Below, piece after piece: positions 36,808 through 46,412 of a DNA stretch of 56,792 nt. The DNA comes from a virus. Its lineage: Duplodnaviria; Heunggongvirae; Uroviricota; Caudoviricetes. How positions within the stretch are numbered: position 1 is the first letter of the stretch; the number at the start of each line of letters is the position of its first letter. Under the pieces are notes generated by a model. The model searched no databases. It was not told the origin of the DNA and saw only the letters and a list, made by a program, of their open reading frames with translations. The DNA lies in IMG/VR virus record IMGVR_UViG_3300045146_000225, positions 64,001 through 120,792 of that record; one strand, given 5' to 3'. The translations under genes were made by a program, and so were the position numbers.

Positions 36808-36921
36808 ATGAAACGAATGAAAGTAGTGCGTGTAGAGGATATGCTTACATTGATGGCTTCATTCTCTGCTAAAATATACGGCAAGTGTAGTCACAAAACA
36901 AAGAAGTCAGTGAGAAAATAA
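36808..36921 (+). pseudogene. IS607 TnpA (serine recombinase) C-terminal remnant
   Basis: Read manually: VEDMLTLMASFSAKIYGKCSHK, matching the IS607 TnpA tail EDLxxIxxSFSARxYGxRS. Confidence 0.7.
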
Positions 36922-36934
36922 ATAGCTCGAGGAA

Positions 36935-38119
36935 ATGAAATACACCAGATCATCAAAATGCCATTTCAGCAAGTGGATAACAGAATCGAAGTTGACTTCG
37001 ATCCGTGAATTCATATCTGAGATGCATAGAGTTGTGACCTGGGCTATCGAGCATCACGAATCTGATATATTGGGTGGAATGAAGAGACCATCTTTGTTGT
37101 TAGCAGAGAATCTATCCAGATGTGAATCGTGGTTGACAGCTAGAGCAAAGAAGAATGCATTCGCTGAAGCACATGCTTTGGTTCTGGGAACCAAACGCAG
37201 TGCTGATGAATTGAACAAACCATATTCACGACCGCATCATAATTCGAGTCGTATTCTACTTAGCTGTACGAATGTAGATATTAAACTGAATCCAGAACTG
37301 AAAGGATTCGATCTGTTGGTTGATTTGCGTTGTTTTGATTCACGTGAGAGAGCAGTTTCTGTGGCAATTCCATTGAAAAAGAACAAGATGTTCAACAAAT
37401 GGAAATCTAAAGGGACGCTGTGTACATCGGTTATATTGACAGATAAATATGTCCAGTTTTCATTTGAATGTGAAAAAGGAAAGAATACGGAAGGAAACAT
37501 CATTGGTGTAGATCCCGGTGCTGTACATGTCGTCAATGACGATGAAGGAAACCACTACGGGTCAAAAATGATGTCACTGCTTCAAAAACTGAAACGAAAG
37601 AAACGAAATTCAACAGCATGGAATGCGTGTAGAGAGGAGATCCTTGAATACATAGATCATTCCATAAAGCAGATTCCATTTGATACTTTACGGTTGCTTG
37701 TCCTAGAGGACAACAGGAAAATCAAAAACAAGAGTAAACTAAAAAACAAGAGTAAACTCAGAGGTCGCCTGAGTAAAAATATGCGGTCTGTTCTCACTGG
37801 TTGGTCTATTGGTAGAATAAACAGCAGGATTCAAATGCTAACTGAGGAGAACGGTGTCTCTCTTCGGAGAGTTCCCGCTTATGGTAATTCTATTACATGT
37901 CCATACTGTAGCCACAGTGAGAAGGCGAACCGAGCAAGTCAGGGAGAATTTGTTTGTGTGAAGTGTGGTGTTTCACTCAATGCCGATACTGTCGGTGCGA
38001 CAAATTCACTGGCTCGGTTCGCTTTGGGTACTTACGGTTCCCAATACAAACAAATGTTCTTGGTGAAACATCCTTATTACCACTCAGGTGATAAGGTAAT
38101 TTCTTCCAATTTCATTTGA
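36935..38119 (+). CDS. tnpB: TnpB (RuvC RNA-guided endonuclease family)
   Basis: RuvC-I GVDPG, RuvC-II LVLED, zinc finger CPYC...CVKC, RuvC-III NADTVGATN. Confidence 0.88.
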   Translation: MKYTRSSKCHFSKWITESKLTSIREFISEMHRVVTWAIEHHESDILGGMKRPSLLLAENLSRCESWLTARAKKNAFAEAHALVLGTKRSADELNKPYSRPHHNSSRILLSCTNVDIKLNPELKGFDLLVDLRCFDSRERAVSVAIPLKKNKMFNKWKSKGTLCTSVILTDKYVQFSFECEKGKNTEGNIIGVDPGAVHVVNDDEGNHYGSKMMSLLQKLKRKKRNSTAWNACREEILEYIDHSIKQIPFDTLRLLVLEDNRKIKNKSKLKNKSKLRGRLSKNMRSVLTGWSIGRINSRIQMLTEENGVSLRRVPAYGNSITCPYCSHSEKANRASQGEFVCVKCGVSLNADTVGATNSLARFALGTYGSQYKQMFLVKHPYYHSGDKVISSNFI

Positions 38120-38988
38120 ACGGTTTGATTGAACGTGATTTCATAGGGTATTCGTCGGCTATACGCAACGAGAGCATGCTTCTTCACGAACATGGTTACA
38201 ACAACGCGGTGCTTAAAGTGCTTGACGGTATCAAGGCGGCTAGTGGTTTCGGGGCTATGTCGAAGGAGCAAGGTGTATCCGAGCTTGGTAATGCGGTGTA
38301 CAACACGTTCTCGTCAACCATGTCGTTCGGTGTTGATAACATGATGGTGGACCACCACGGCACGATGCGTGGTTTACATTTGTTCGATAAGCAGGTTGAG
38401 CTGTATGGTTCGGAAGGTGAACTCGGTATACAGGCTTTCGATATATTGAAGCTCGTGTATAAAGATGGTACGGAACGTGTCAATTACGATAACAGTTGTT
38501 TCTCGAGCATTAACGATAACTTGCACCTCGTGGTTGATTTCGATAAACCTAGCATCGCGTACAGGTCGCGTGGATGTAATGATATCACCGTGGCTTTGCG
38601 TAATGCTGACGATATACTGGCACACGTGAACGAGTTTTACATTAGGTTGACACGCATTAACATGATGGAAGGTGTTGTTATAAAACCCCTGAACGATGAG
38701 GTATGCTTGACGAGCAATATAGCCCCTTGTTTGAAATGCAGGAACACGGAATACTTGCGTATCATCTACGGTCACGATTACGATATGGGGGAGAAGTACG
38801 ATGCCCTCATCAAGAACAAGAGTATATCTAAGAAGGTGCGATTATCTATAAGCGAGTTCAGGTTGGGTCACGACATGTTGAATATACCGTATGGTTCGCT
38901 TGATGGTGGTGATGAGTCGCAACTCGTTAAGGTATGCAAGTTGATAGGCGAGGTTGAGTCGGAGAAGGAATTGGACCCAAGATTATAA
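38116..38988 (+). pseudogene. pnkP: Pnkp C-terminal RNA ligase fragment (5' part missing)
   Basis: GLIERDF, AFDILK, EGVVIKP, LKCRNTEYLRIIYG, SISEFRLG, LDPRL; no ATG start and no motif I KxxGS. Confidence 0.75.
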
Positions 38989-39006
38989 TATTTAAAAAAT
39001 ATTTTT

Positions 39007-40251
39007 ATGGCAACTATAGTAATAAAATCTAATAACCCGGATATATCGTACGTCCTGTGTAAAAATCCTAACGGTATGCCGCTCGTCAAGAGTATCAGAG
39101 ATGGTATAGGTGTTGGCTGGTACAGCGACGATACGACTTACTGCATCAATTTCAGGGATGGTAAGAGGACCATATCGTTCAAGGAATACGAGGGTCAGCA
39201 GCACGAGTACCTCACGTACACGTCGTATAACTCTCCGTTTGCGTACCTGTCATTACTCAACGAGTTCTTGAGGGTTAATTCTACCCATAAGGATGATGTT
39301 AGCGGTTACGAGTACGAGATGTATTTCTCGTGTGTCAGTATAAAGGGTAAGATGTGGTTGGGCATGTTGATATCCTTTATCAAGGATGCTACCGTTGAGC
39401 TAGGTGAGGTATCAGTTGGTAATTATTCTGTGCGTGTTAAATCGACGCTTGGGTTCAATGTCCTGTTGAGCATATCCCAGTTCATTATATTCATGGTTTC
39501 GGTCAGGAACGGTGATGACATGTACATAGATGTCAATTTGAAGCGCAAGTACATCAATTTGATGAGGAAGTTGCGTGTCCCGTATTCCGTCAGGAACATA
39601 TTCAAGTCCAACCTCCTTGTTGAAGGTAGTGGTCAGCTCATAAAGGAATTGCAGGAAGATTGCGATGATGTGCTATTGTTGCAGCCGGGTAATTCTAATA
39701 GCAGCAGGATGTCGTTCGTGATGGGCAACAGGTGGTTGTGTGAACGTGATGTTGTCGATATAGGTTGTGGTGAGGGTAAGTACAGTTTTAAAATAGCCGG
39801 TAGGACAGAACGTACGGTACACGCTGTTGATATAGACGAGGATGCCATCGCTTATGTATCCACTAAAGCCAAGAACGCGAAATACGGTAATGTGGTCACG
39901 TATGATTCTGTTGAGTCGTGTGTCGATAACATGTCAACGGAGTTCGACGTGCTTGTTGTCGAGGTTATAGAACACATGGAGTACGATGACGCGGTGGATA
40001 TGGTAAGAAGATTGACGTCTAACAATCTTGTAAATAAAATAATATTAACTACACCGAACAGGATGTTCAATGTTTATTACGGTATGGTTGATGGTGAGAT
40101 GCGGCATGATGATCACAAGTTCGAGTTGTCACCCGGCGAGTTTGATGATTTCATTAAATCTGTACGTGGTGATATGAATTTTAGCCACCACGGTGTAGGT
40201 GATAAAGTGAATGAAGAATACACGACTCTCGGTTGTATATTGTACCGGTGA
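39007..40251 (+). CDS. hen1: Hen1 3'-terminal RNA ribose 2'-O-methyltransferase
   Basis: DIGCGEG, EVIEHM, TTPN, RHDDHKFE; adjacent to Pnkp. Confidence 0.88.
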   Translation: MATIVIKSNNPDISYVLCKNPNGMPLVKSIRDGIGVGWYSDDTTYCINFRDGKRTISFKEYEGQQHEYLTYTSYNSPFAYLSLLNEFLRVNSTHKDDVSGYEYEMYFSCVSIKGKMWLGMLISFIKDATVELGEVSVGNYSVRVKSTLGFNVLLSISQFIIFMVSVRNGDDMYIDVNLKRKYINLMRKLRVPYSVRNIFKSNLLVEGSGQLIKELQEDCDDVLLLQPGNSNSSRMSFVMGNRWLCERDVVDIGCGEGKYSFKIAGRTERTVHAVDIDEDAIAYVSTKAKNAKYGNVVTYDSVESCVDNMSTEFDVLVVEVIEHMEYDDAVDMVRRLTSNNLVNKIILTTPNRMFNVYYGMVDGEMRHDDHKFELSPGEFDDFIKSVRGDMNFSHHGVGDKVNEEYTTLGCILYR

Positions 40252-40296
40252 TTTGTTTTTTTGGTATATTTGGTTCACTTATAAAAAAATAATTAA

Positions 40297-40812
40297 ATGA
40301 TGGACGGGTTAAATGTATATGAGGATGATTTATACAGTGTCGATGTAATTGATTGTTGTGATGACGATGAATACACTCGTATCGGTTGTAAATCAACAGA
40401 AAGGGAGTGTAAGAAAATAAAAGTACATTTCGCTACTAGTATAAAGCACATAATAAACAAAACAAGGTTGAAGCAAAGGAGCGATTACGTTCTGAGTGTC
40501 GATCTTATTATGAGGAACAAGATGGAAAAGATGCCATCTGTTCTTAACTCCATGCAGCTGCTGTTGTTGAATTACGAGGTGAACAAGTTGATAAACAAGG
40601 TCATATCAAGTAACACCACCAACTATACCGACATAATGCATATAAACTCGAACATGTCTGTTACCAGCGTTTTGAACACGGCATCCTTGCTGCGTAGTAC
40701 TTACAAGAATGTCAACTTCACGTTTACCGTTTACCATGATCTGGAAGAAGAGGATATGGCGGAGTCTATTTGCTCTCACGATAGCGTGTTTAGTAAAGTG
40801 ACTGTTTTATGA
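40297..40812 (+). CDS. Hypothetical protein
   Basis: 171-aa ORF after a TATATTTG box (40265). Confidence 0.65.
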   Translation: MMDGLNVYEDDLYSVDVIDCCDDDEYTRIGCKSTERECKKIKVHFATSIKHIINKTRLKQRSDYVLSVDLIMRNKMEKMPSVLNSMQLLLLNYEVNKLINKVISSNTTNYTDIMHINSNMSVTSVLNTASLLRSTYKNVNFTFTVYHDLEEEDMAESICSHDSVFSKVTVL

Positions 40813-40814
40813 TA

Positions 40815-40853
40815 AAAACAAAAGCCTGTTTGATTTAAACAGGCTTTTGTTTT
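40815..40853. terminator. Bidirectional terminator between convergent genes
   Basis: AAAACAAAAGCCTGTTT-GATTT-AAACAGGCTTTTGTTTT perfect inverted repeat. Confidence 0.8.
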
Positions 40854-41328
40854 ATTTTATATCGTTGATGTCGAACGGTCCTTCCAGCCCGAACATCCGG
40901 TAGTTGTTGCCGAATATCTCGTGCATGAACAACTCGTGACGCTTCGCCTTTAGCTTGTGCTTGGCTATCGGGTCGTTGTTCTTGTCGAATTTTATGACTT
41001 TTGAAACGTTGTCGAACACCTTGCTGAAATCCTCGAATGATGTCAGAGCGTTTCTCGTCTTGAGGTCATATGTCGACATCTCGTACACCATCTTCACGTA
41101 GTCTTCTTGCTCCTCGTTGACTGCTTGTACTTTGTTAAGGAACTCGAACTGGTCTTTGTTCGTAACGTCTATGGAGTTGTCCTTGATGTAGTCCTGTATG
41201 CTCTGCATTGCGTCAGCCTGTGTTATGTCATCCTTGAACGGGAACGGCACATCACCGGCGTTATCCACGCGAAGCACGTACATGTTGTCAAGCACGTCAA
41301 TTACTGCTGTATTCTTGAAATCTGACAT
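40852..41328 (-). CDS. Hypothetical protein in the virion gene block
   Basis: 158-aa ORF directly downstream of the tail tube gene. Confidence 0.7.
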   Translation of the reverse strand: MSDFKNTAVIDVLDNMYVLRVDNAGDVPFPFKDDITQADAMQSIQDYIKDNSIDVTNKDQFEFLNKVQAVNEEQEDYVKMVYEMSTYDLKTRNALTSFEDFSKVFDNVSKVIKFDKNNDPIAKHKLKAKRHELFMHEIFGNNYRMFGLEGPFDINDIK

Positions 41329-41346
41329 ATAGCGTGGTGTATGTTT

Positions 41347-41946
41347 TTAGATAATGTCCGATAGGTCGTATGCACCGTTGCGGAGTTCTTCCCAGTTGTC
41401 TGAAACGAATTTAGCGGTGAGGGAATATATACCGTCCTTGCTGCCGTAATCGAGATCCATAGAGTTCAATGGATCCATCATGAAAGCGGTCTTGAAGTTG
41501 AACGAGCGGTATATTTCCTGTGCCTTGTTCGAGATCGCGACGTATATGGACCCGGCGTAATCGCGTTTAAGGCCCTGCGACCCCCTGTTAGGGTTGTAGT
41601 GTATGTTAGCCCACTGGCGCAACGTGTTGTACGTGTACATCGAGTTAGAATCGTCCAAGTTCACCTCGAATTCTATCGTGAATTCGGCGTGTGTTTTCTC
41701 TGGTGCTGCGTTAGCGTACACGCGTTCCGCGAACTTGTACTTCTGTGTCACTATACCAGTAGGTGTTATCTCTGGTAAACCTTTAACCGTTTTAACTTGT
41801 TCTAGTAACAGGTCAACGCCACCGATTACAGCGGGTGGTGTGAATATAACCTCGTACTGGTTCAAGTACAATGGTTCCCAGTTGTTCACGGCTGCCGCAG
41901 AGTTAGAGAAGTGGGGCAATCCGCTAGTTAATCTTGCCATGTTCAA
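41347..41946 (-). CDS. Tail tube protein (T4 gp19-like)
   Basis: EPLYLNQYEVIF, FTIEFEVN, LRQW...NPNRGSQGLKRDYAG, LDYGS pattern of gp19-like tubes. Confidence 0.78.
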   Translation of the reverse strand: MNMARLTSGLPHFSNSAAAVNNWEPLYLNQYEVIFTPPAVIGGVDLLLEQVKTVKGLPEITPTGIVTQKYKFAERVYANAAPEKTHAEFTIEFEVNLDDSNSMYTYNTLRQWANIHYNPNRGSQGLKRDYAGSIYVAISNKAQEIYRSFNFKTAFMMDPLNSMDLDYGSKDGIYSLTAKFVSDNWEELRNGAYDLSDII

Positions 41947-41989
41947 TCTTTTTTTTTATTTATTCGAGGTTGTGTGTTAACATGTTGTG

Positions 41990-42943
41990 TTATAACACTA
42001 CCTTCAACTTTATACTAGGTAAGAACACCTTCAGGAATCCCATTTCCTCTTTTGGGCGTAACTCGACGTTGTTCACGATTATCTTACCCTTCTTGGCTTC
42101 CGTGTGTGATATCAATGTCTCCTCGATGAACTTGGGGTCTATGTTGAACACCACATCTTCACCGGTGAACTTTATGGTCTTGTGGAGTATAAGGTTGTTT
42201 ATTATCACGGATACCTCTGATGTTTCCGAAAACTTGTTTATGTTCTTGAACAAAGATATTTCCCTTCCCTTGTAGATGTCATCCGATTCGATGTTATCTG
42301 GTTTCGTTCTCCTCACGCTCACCTTTTGTTCTGGAACATCCTGTATGTCATCTAGCTCTATGCCGGCTTTCTTGATGAACACGTTGAAATTGCCGTTGAA
42401 CACGTCGTTGCTAGATGCTTCCACTTTCTTGACCATGGTTTCGGTAACGTCGCTGCGTACCTCCGACGGGTCTATCATCCCTTTCTTGACGACGAACGCG
42501 TTCTTGGATGGTCTGTAAACGGTGAAGCCCGTGTACTCGTTGTTGTTTATGTTGGACACGAGGAAGTAATCGCCGTCCAACATCTTGTACACGCGGTTCT
42601 TTTCTATTTTAGATGGTTTCTCACCTTCTTCCTGTATGTCGTTATCTACACCCGCACCTTCCTGTATCAGCTTGTTCATCTTATCCCGTGCTTCGCCGAG
42701 AGCATCGTCGACTGTCTTGACTATATCGTCGCCGTCGTGATCGCATAGTATATCTATCTGTTTGAAATTCAAAGCAGGGAATACATTGAATCCACTCAAC
42801 GATGCTTTCTGGTTGTGCTTAACGTAATAAAGCCTACCACCCGACAAAGTGAAGTTGAAGTTCACGTTGACCTGCGTGTTCAACGTGACCAGGTTGTGTG
42901 CCGAATTATACCTCGAAATCTCCTCTATCTCGCGTGTTTCCAT
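41990..42943 (-). CDS. Hypothetical protein in the virion gene block
   Basis: 317-aa ORF in the structural operon. Confidence 0.7.
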   Translation of the reverse strand: METREIEEISRYNSAHNLVTLNTQVNVNFNFTLSGGRLYYVKHNQKASLSGFNVFPALNFKQIDILCDHDGDDIVKTVDDALGEARDKMNKLIQEGAGVDNDIQEEGEKPSKIEKNRVYKMLDGDYFLVSNINNNEYTGFTVYRPSKNAFVVKKGMIDPSEVRSDVTETMVKKVEASSNDVFNGNFNVFIKKAGIELDDIQDVPEQKVSVRRTKPDNIESDDIYKGREISLFKNINKFSETSEVSVIINNLILHKTIKFTGEDVVFNIDPKFIEETLISHTEAKKGKIIVNNVELRPKEEMGFLKVFLPSIKLKVVL

Positions 42944-42946
42944 ATG

Positions 42947-44332
42947 CTATTGTTTTGGTGGTGTCTTTTTCTTGCGACCGCCTTTGGGTACCATCTTGTT
43001 CCCTTCGTGCGAGCCTGTCCTGAACTGCGACATCACGTGGCTTTGTAATTTAGACAAGAACCCGCTGACTATCGCGTTGAATATAGGGCAAGAACTCCCC
43101 ATGAACGATACGAGACCGATGTAATAGCCCCTTTCGTCTTCGTCCATTGATTTTATCGAGCTTGCTATGGAACCTAGGTCACCGACGTCAAGGTCATCGC
43201 CTTTTGATTTACCGACGAGTTCCTTCAAACCACCCTTACCGTTATCCCTTTCGATACGTATGGCTGCCTTCGTAGCGCTATCGTAGCTGTTGCCCTTGCG
43301 TTCTGTTATGCTCGGTACAGGTACTTCGGGGTCGGGTATGCCGTTCAGTTTAAGCATGTCGTTGAAATCCATGTCGCTTGGTTCCCTGTCCAACAGCGAG
43401 TGGTCGTAATCGGCTATATCGTTATCGATGTTTGCTATATCAAGGTCTGACAACCTGCTTAGAACCGATGCGATAACCTTCACGAAATCCTCCATGTTGA
43501 GGTACCCGATAGCCTTCTTTATTTTGGTCCGTGTTTCAGATTGTCCGCCACCGATTGTTTCGGCTGGTATCTGTATATCCGGTCTGCTTGGCTGGATGAA
43601 TGACGTGACGTTATCCTCGGTGAGTACATCGACACTATCATCGAAGAACTCTATCCTGTGTGCTAGTTGTAATTCTGGCACGACATCCTTGTCGTTTGCA
43701 GTTTCCTTTCCTTGTTTCTTTGACGGTGATACGGCCTTGAATGGCTTCGCTTCTACCGTCTGTTTCTTTTCTGGTTTTGGTTTAACCTCCTTCTTGGGGT
43801 TGAACGTGCGTTTCGCTTGTCTCCTGTATTCATTGCCGAGCTTGTTGACGAGGTACTTCTGCATCCAGCATGACGTGCTGAGGAAGTTCATCATGCCGAC
43901 GTAATCACGCTTGTTGTATCCTTCCATGTCGGCTATTATCTCGCCAACACGCTTCCAGTCAGTTGTGGTTATGTCGGTTGAATCTCCCGATTTACCGATT
44001 AGTTTTTTAAGCGAATCCTTGCCGGTGGAGTTTGCTATCTTGGTGTCATTGTATCCCTTGTTGAACTTGTTGCCTGACCACTCGTTTATGCTGTGTAACA
44101 CACTCTCGTTAACAGTGCCTTCCTTCACCATCTCGTGTTGTGCTATCGCATCTATAACGTAGCCGTAATCGAGAGTGTTCTGTATGCACTGGCACAACGT
44201 CTCGTCGCTTGCTTTATCGATGACCATATTAAAGATTAATGCTGGGTCTTCGTGTTCCAGCATTAATCTAAGAATATCTAACCTACATAGCCCTGATTCG
44301 TCGATTGTGTTATTGAATTCAGCAATGTACAT
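42947..44332 (-). CDS. Hypothetical protein in the virion gene block
   Basis: 461-aa ORF in the structural operon. Confidence 0.7.
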   Translation of the reverse strand: MYIAEFNNTIDESGLCRLDILRLMLEHEDPALIFNMVIDKASDETLCQCIQNTLDYGYVIDAIAQHEMVKEGTVNESVLHSINEWSGNKFNKGYNDTKIANSTGKDSLKKLIGKSGDSTDITTTDWKRVGEIIADMEGYNKRDYVGMMNFLSTSCWMQKYLVNKLGNEYRRQAKRTFNPKKEVKPKPEKKQTVEAKPFKAVSPSKKQGKETANDKDVVPELQLAHRIEFFDDSVDVLTEDNVTSFIQPSRPDIQIPAETIGGGQSETRTKIKKAIGYLNMEDFVKVIASVLSRLSDLDIANIDNDIADYDHSLLDREPSDMDFNDMLKLNGIPDPEVPVPSITERKGNSYDSATKAAIRIERDNGKGGLKELVGKSKGDDLDVGDLGSIASSIKSMDEDERGYYIGLVSFMGSSCPIFNAIVSGFLSKLQSHVMSQFRTGSHEGNKMVPKGGRKKKTPPKQ

Positions 44333-44409
44333 AGTGTTGTTGTTTTTGAATCGTTTCTATATTGACTGCCCGATGTAGGTTGTTTTGTTTCTATTTCGGT
44401 TAGGGTGTG

Positions 44410-44568
44410 TTACTTGCCTTGCATCTCTACCTTGCCAACAGGTCTGTCGGTCCCCTTGGCATCATTAGCCTTTGGTGAATCTTCAGTTTTTGGTGTAGAT
44501 AGTTCAGCGTTAGCCGAGATAAACTCCTTGAATGTCTTTGCTTTGCTAGTGAATGTCTTGATTTCCAT
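44410..44568 (-). CDS. Small protein (52 aa) missed by the ORF track
   Basis: Read manually: MEIKTFTSKAKTFKEFISANAELSTPKTEDSPKANDAKGTDRPVGKVEMQGK*. Confidence 0.55.
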   Translation of the reverse strand: MEIKTFTSKAKTFKEFISANAELSTPKTEDSPKANDAKGTDRPVGKVEMQGK

Positions 44569-44590
44569 ACTAACACTTATATTTTTTTTT

Positions 44591-44627
44591 AAAAAAGAAA
44601 GCAGGAGTTTAATCCCCCTGCTTTCTT
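44591..44627 (-). terminator. Intrinsic terminator after the major capsid gene
   Basis: Stem AAGAAAGCAGG / CCTGCTTTCTT with a T-run on the minus strand. Confidence 0.75.
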
Positions 44628-44644
44628 GTTAGAGATTCATGTTA

Positions 44645-46381
44645 CTAAACAGATGCAACAACGTTTTGCAAGCCACTCACATTAAGTGTGATGTACTGTG
44701 TCTCTGGGTGCCATCCTGCGTCAACTACTTTGTAGCGTGACTTGATGAATAATTTTGGAGAACCAGTTGACTCGCTGGTAGTCTGGATGGTTTCTGCCAT
44801 GATGTAAGGCATGAACTTGATACCGGGTTCTTCGTCTTTACCACGACGACCTATAACTATCTTGCTGTCACCCCACTTAGCGTTAGGATCAACGTACACT
44901 TTCATACCGTACACTTCGCAAGATGGGAACAATTGTCCACCAGTTGCGGGTGCTTTGATGTTGAAAGGCGAGATAGAATAGTTTGATATGTCAGCCAAAG
45001 CAGCAGCTACGCGACCGTTTGTAACAACATATTCACCTGACCCCCAACGTGACCTGTGGTAAATCAAGTTGGACATCTCTGCAAGCTTGGTACCGAGTCT
45101 GCGTTGTAGTGTAGACACATTATCGAAAGTTCCACCTGCAACTGCACCAAGATTTATTGATGCGACGTTAGCACCTTCAACGCGGTTGATGTTAGCGGTG
45201 TGTACTGATCCGAGTTCGGTAATACGTGCGGTGATTTTCTTAGACATTGTTTGTGCAAGCTCGTTGATACCGAGGTTTTCCAACATCTTGATAGCATCGA
45301 AGTTCATTACTCTGTTGAAGTCTTGAATCTGCTCAACAGTTGCCGATAGACCAACCTGGTCGGTTTCTGCCTCAACGAACTTGGTGAACATCTTGATACC
45401 CATCTGACGGTATTGTGCTTTCTCACCTTCAGCTCTGTTCATTGACAAAGGTAGGTTGATAGCATCAGTTGTAGGATCAGGGTCTGGTGTGTAGTTTCCT
45501 ACCCATGGGTGTGTTTCGTTGCTAGTGGTGAAGCCAGAGATGTGGTTCTCCAATGCAGATGTCAATTGTGCTTTGTGGATATCTGCATCGACAGTTATTG
45601 CATATCCTGCAACAGGCACGCCTGCAACATTTATGGGTGTATCAGTTACGGCTTGGATTGAATATCCATCTCCCAACGCAGCATTAATAGTGGTTGCTGA
45701 AATATCATTAACACGGAATATAGCGTTACCATCTATACGTGACCATCCAACGAAACGTAAATCCAATTGTTCAACTGGAGTAGTAGCAGTATTGTACACT
45801 ATAAAGCGTTGGTTCTTGCTGATTGCGCCAGTAGAAATAGCTGTACCGAAAGTAACACCTGTTGCAGTTGCAATAATGGTATTAGCGTTGATGCCGTTGA
45901 TTGTGATGGTGAACGGAGCGAAATCAGTATCAACATTACCTCCTTGGTACACATAGTCAAGGTAAGGGATGAATCCAACTGGTGAATCCATATTGATTGT
46001 TGATACTAGGTCGAATGCTATTGTTTTAGCAGCTGCCTGGATAGAGATAGGTAACAACGATGGGAACCTGTCGCCTGAACCCGAATTAGCAACTGTTGTT
46101 TTAACAACACCGTTGTAAGGAGTTTGAAATGGTGTTGGGGCTATTGGTGCACCCATAGCAGAGATTGAACCAGGTTGTTGGAAGAACATACCGGGTGTTG
46201 TAGTCGCCTCTGTAAGGTATGTGTTGTCGAACATAGCTTGGTTATGAGCCATCTCGGCTAGGAATTTGTACTTGTCAGCACTGGTGTTGCTTTCGGTAAT
46301 ACCGTACTCTGATAGGAATCCAGCCCAATCCGAGAGCATCTGCCTATCTTCACTTTTTTGAAAAATTTTCATACCTGCCAT
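44645..46381 (-). CDS. Major capsid protein (T4 gp23-like)
   Basis: LLPISIQAAAKTIAFDLVSTINMDSPVG and GIKFMPY...FIKSRY correspond to gp23 conserved blocks; high-expression codon style. Confidence 0.85.
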   Translation of the reverse strand: MAGMKIFQKSEDRQMLSDWAGFLSEYGITESNTSADKYKFLAEMAHNQAMFDNTYLTEATTTPGMFFQQPGSISAMGAPIAPTPFQTPYNGVVKTTVANSGSGDRFPSLLPISIQAAAKTIAFDLVSTINMDSPVGFIPYLDYVYQGGNVDTDFAPFTITINGINANTIIATATGVTFGTAISTGAISKNQRFIVYNTATTPVEQLDLRFVGWSRIDGNAIFRVNDISATTINAALGDGYSIQAVTDTPINVAGVPVAGYAITVDADIHKAQLTSALENHISGFTTSNETHPWVGNYTPDPDPTTDAINLPLSMNRAEGEKAQYRQMGIKMFTKFVEAETDQVGLSATVEQIQDFNRVMNFDAIKMLENLGINELAQTMSKKITARITELGSVHTANINRVEGANVASINLGAVAGGTFDNVSTLQRRLGTKLAEMSNLIYHRSRWGSGEYVVTNGRVAAALADISNYSISPFNIKAPATGGQLFPSCEVYGMKVYVDPNAKWGDSKIVIGRRGKDEEPGIKFMPYIMAETIQTTSESTGSPKLFIKSRYKVVDAGWHPETQYITLNVSGLQNVVASV

Positions 46382-46412
46382 TTTGTAAGAAATGTTTTTT
46401 TAAATTTGCATT

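Larger units (their letters stand above)
36727..38119 (+). mobile_element. IS607-family element with deleted TnpA and full-length TnpB (ends approximate)
   Basis: Serine-recombinase remnant followed by tnpB, with a compositional break from the flanking Pnkp halves. Confidence 0.75.

Noticed and set aside
36727-38119. IStron (group I intron-IS chimera) that would splice Pnkp back together
   Set aside because: Only about 200 nt precede tnpB and these are mostly TnpA remnant; no group I core is visible, and splicing would not restore the missing ligase segment.
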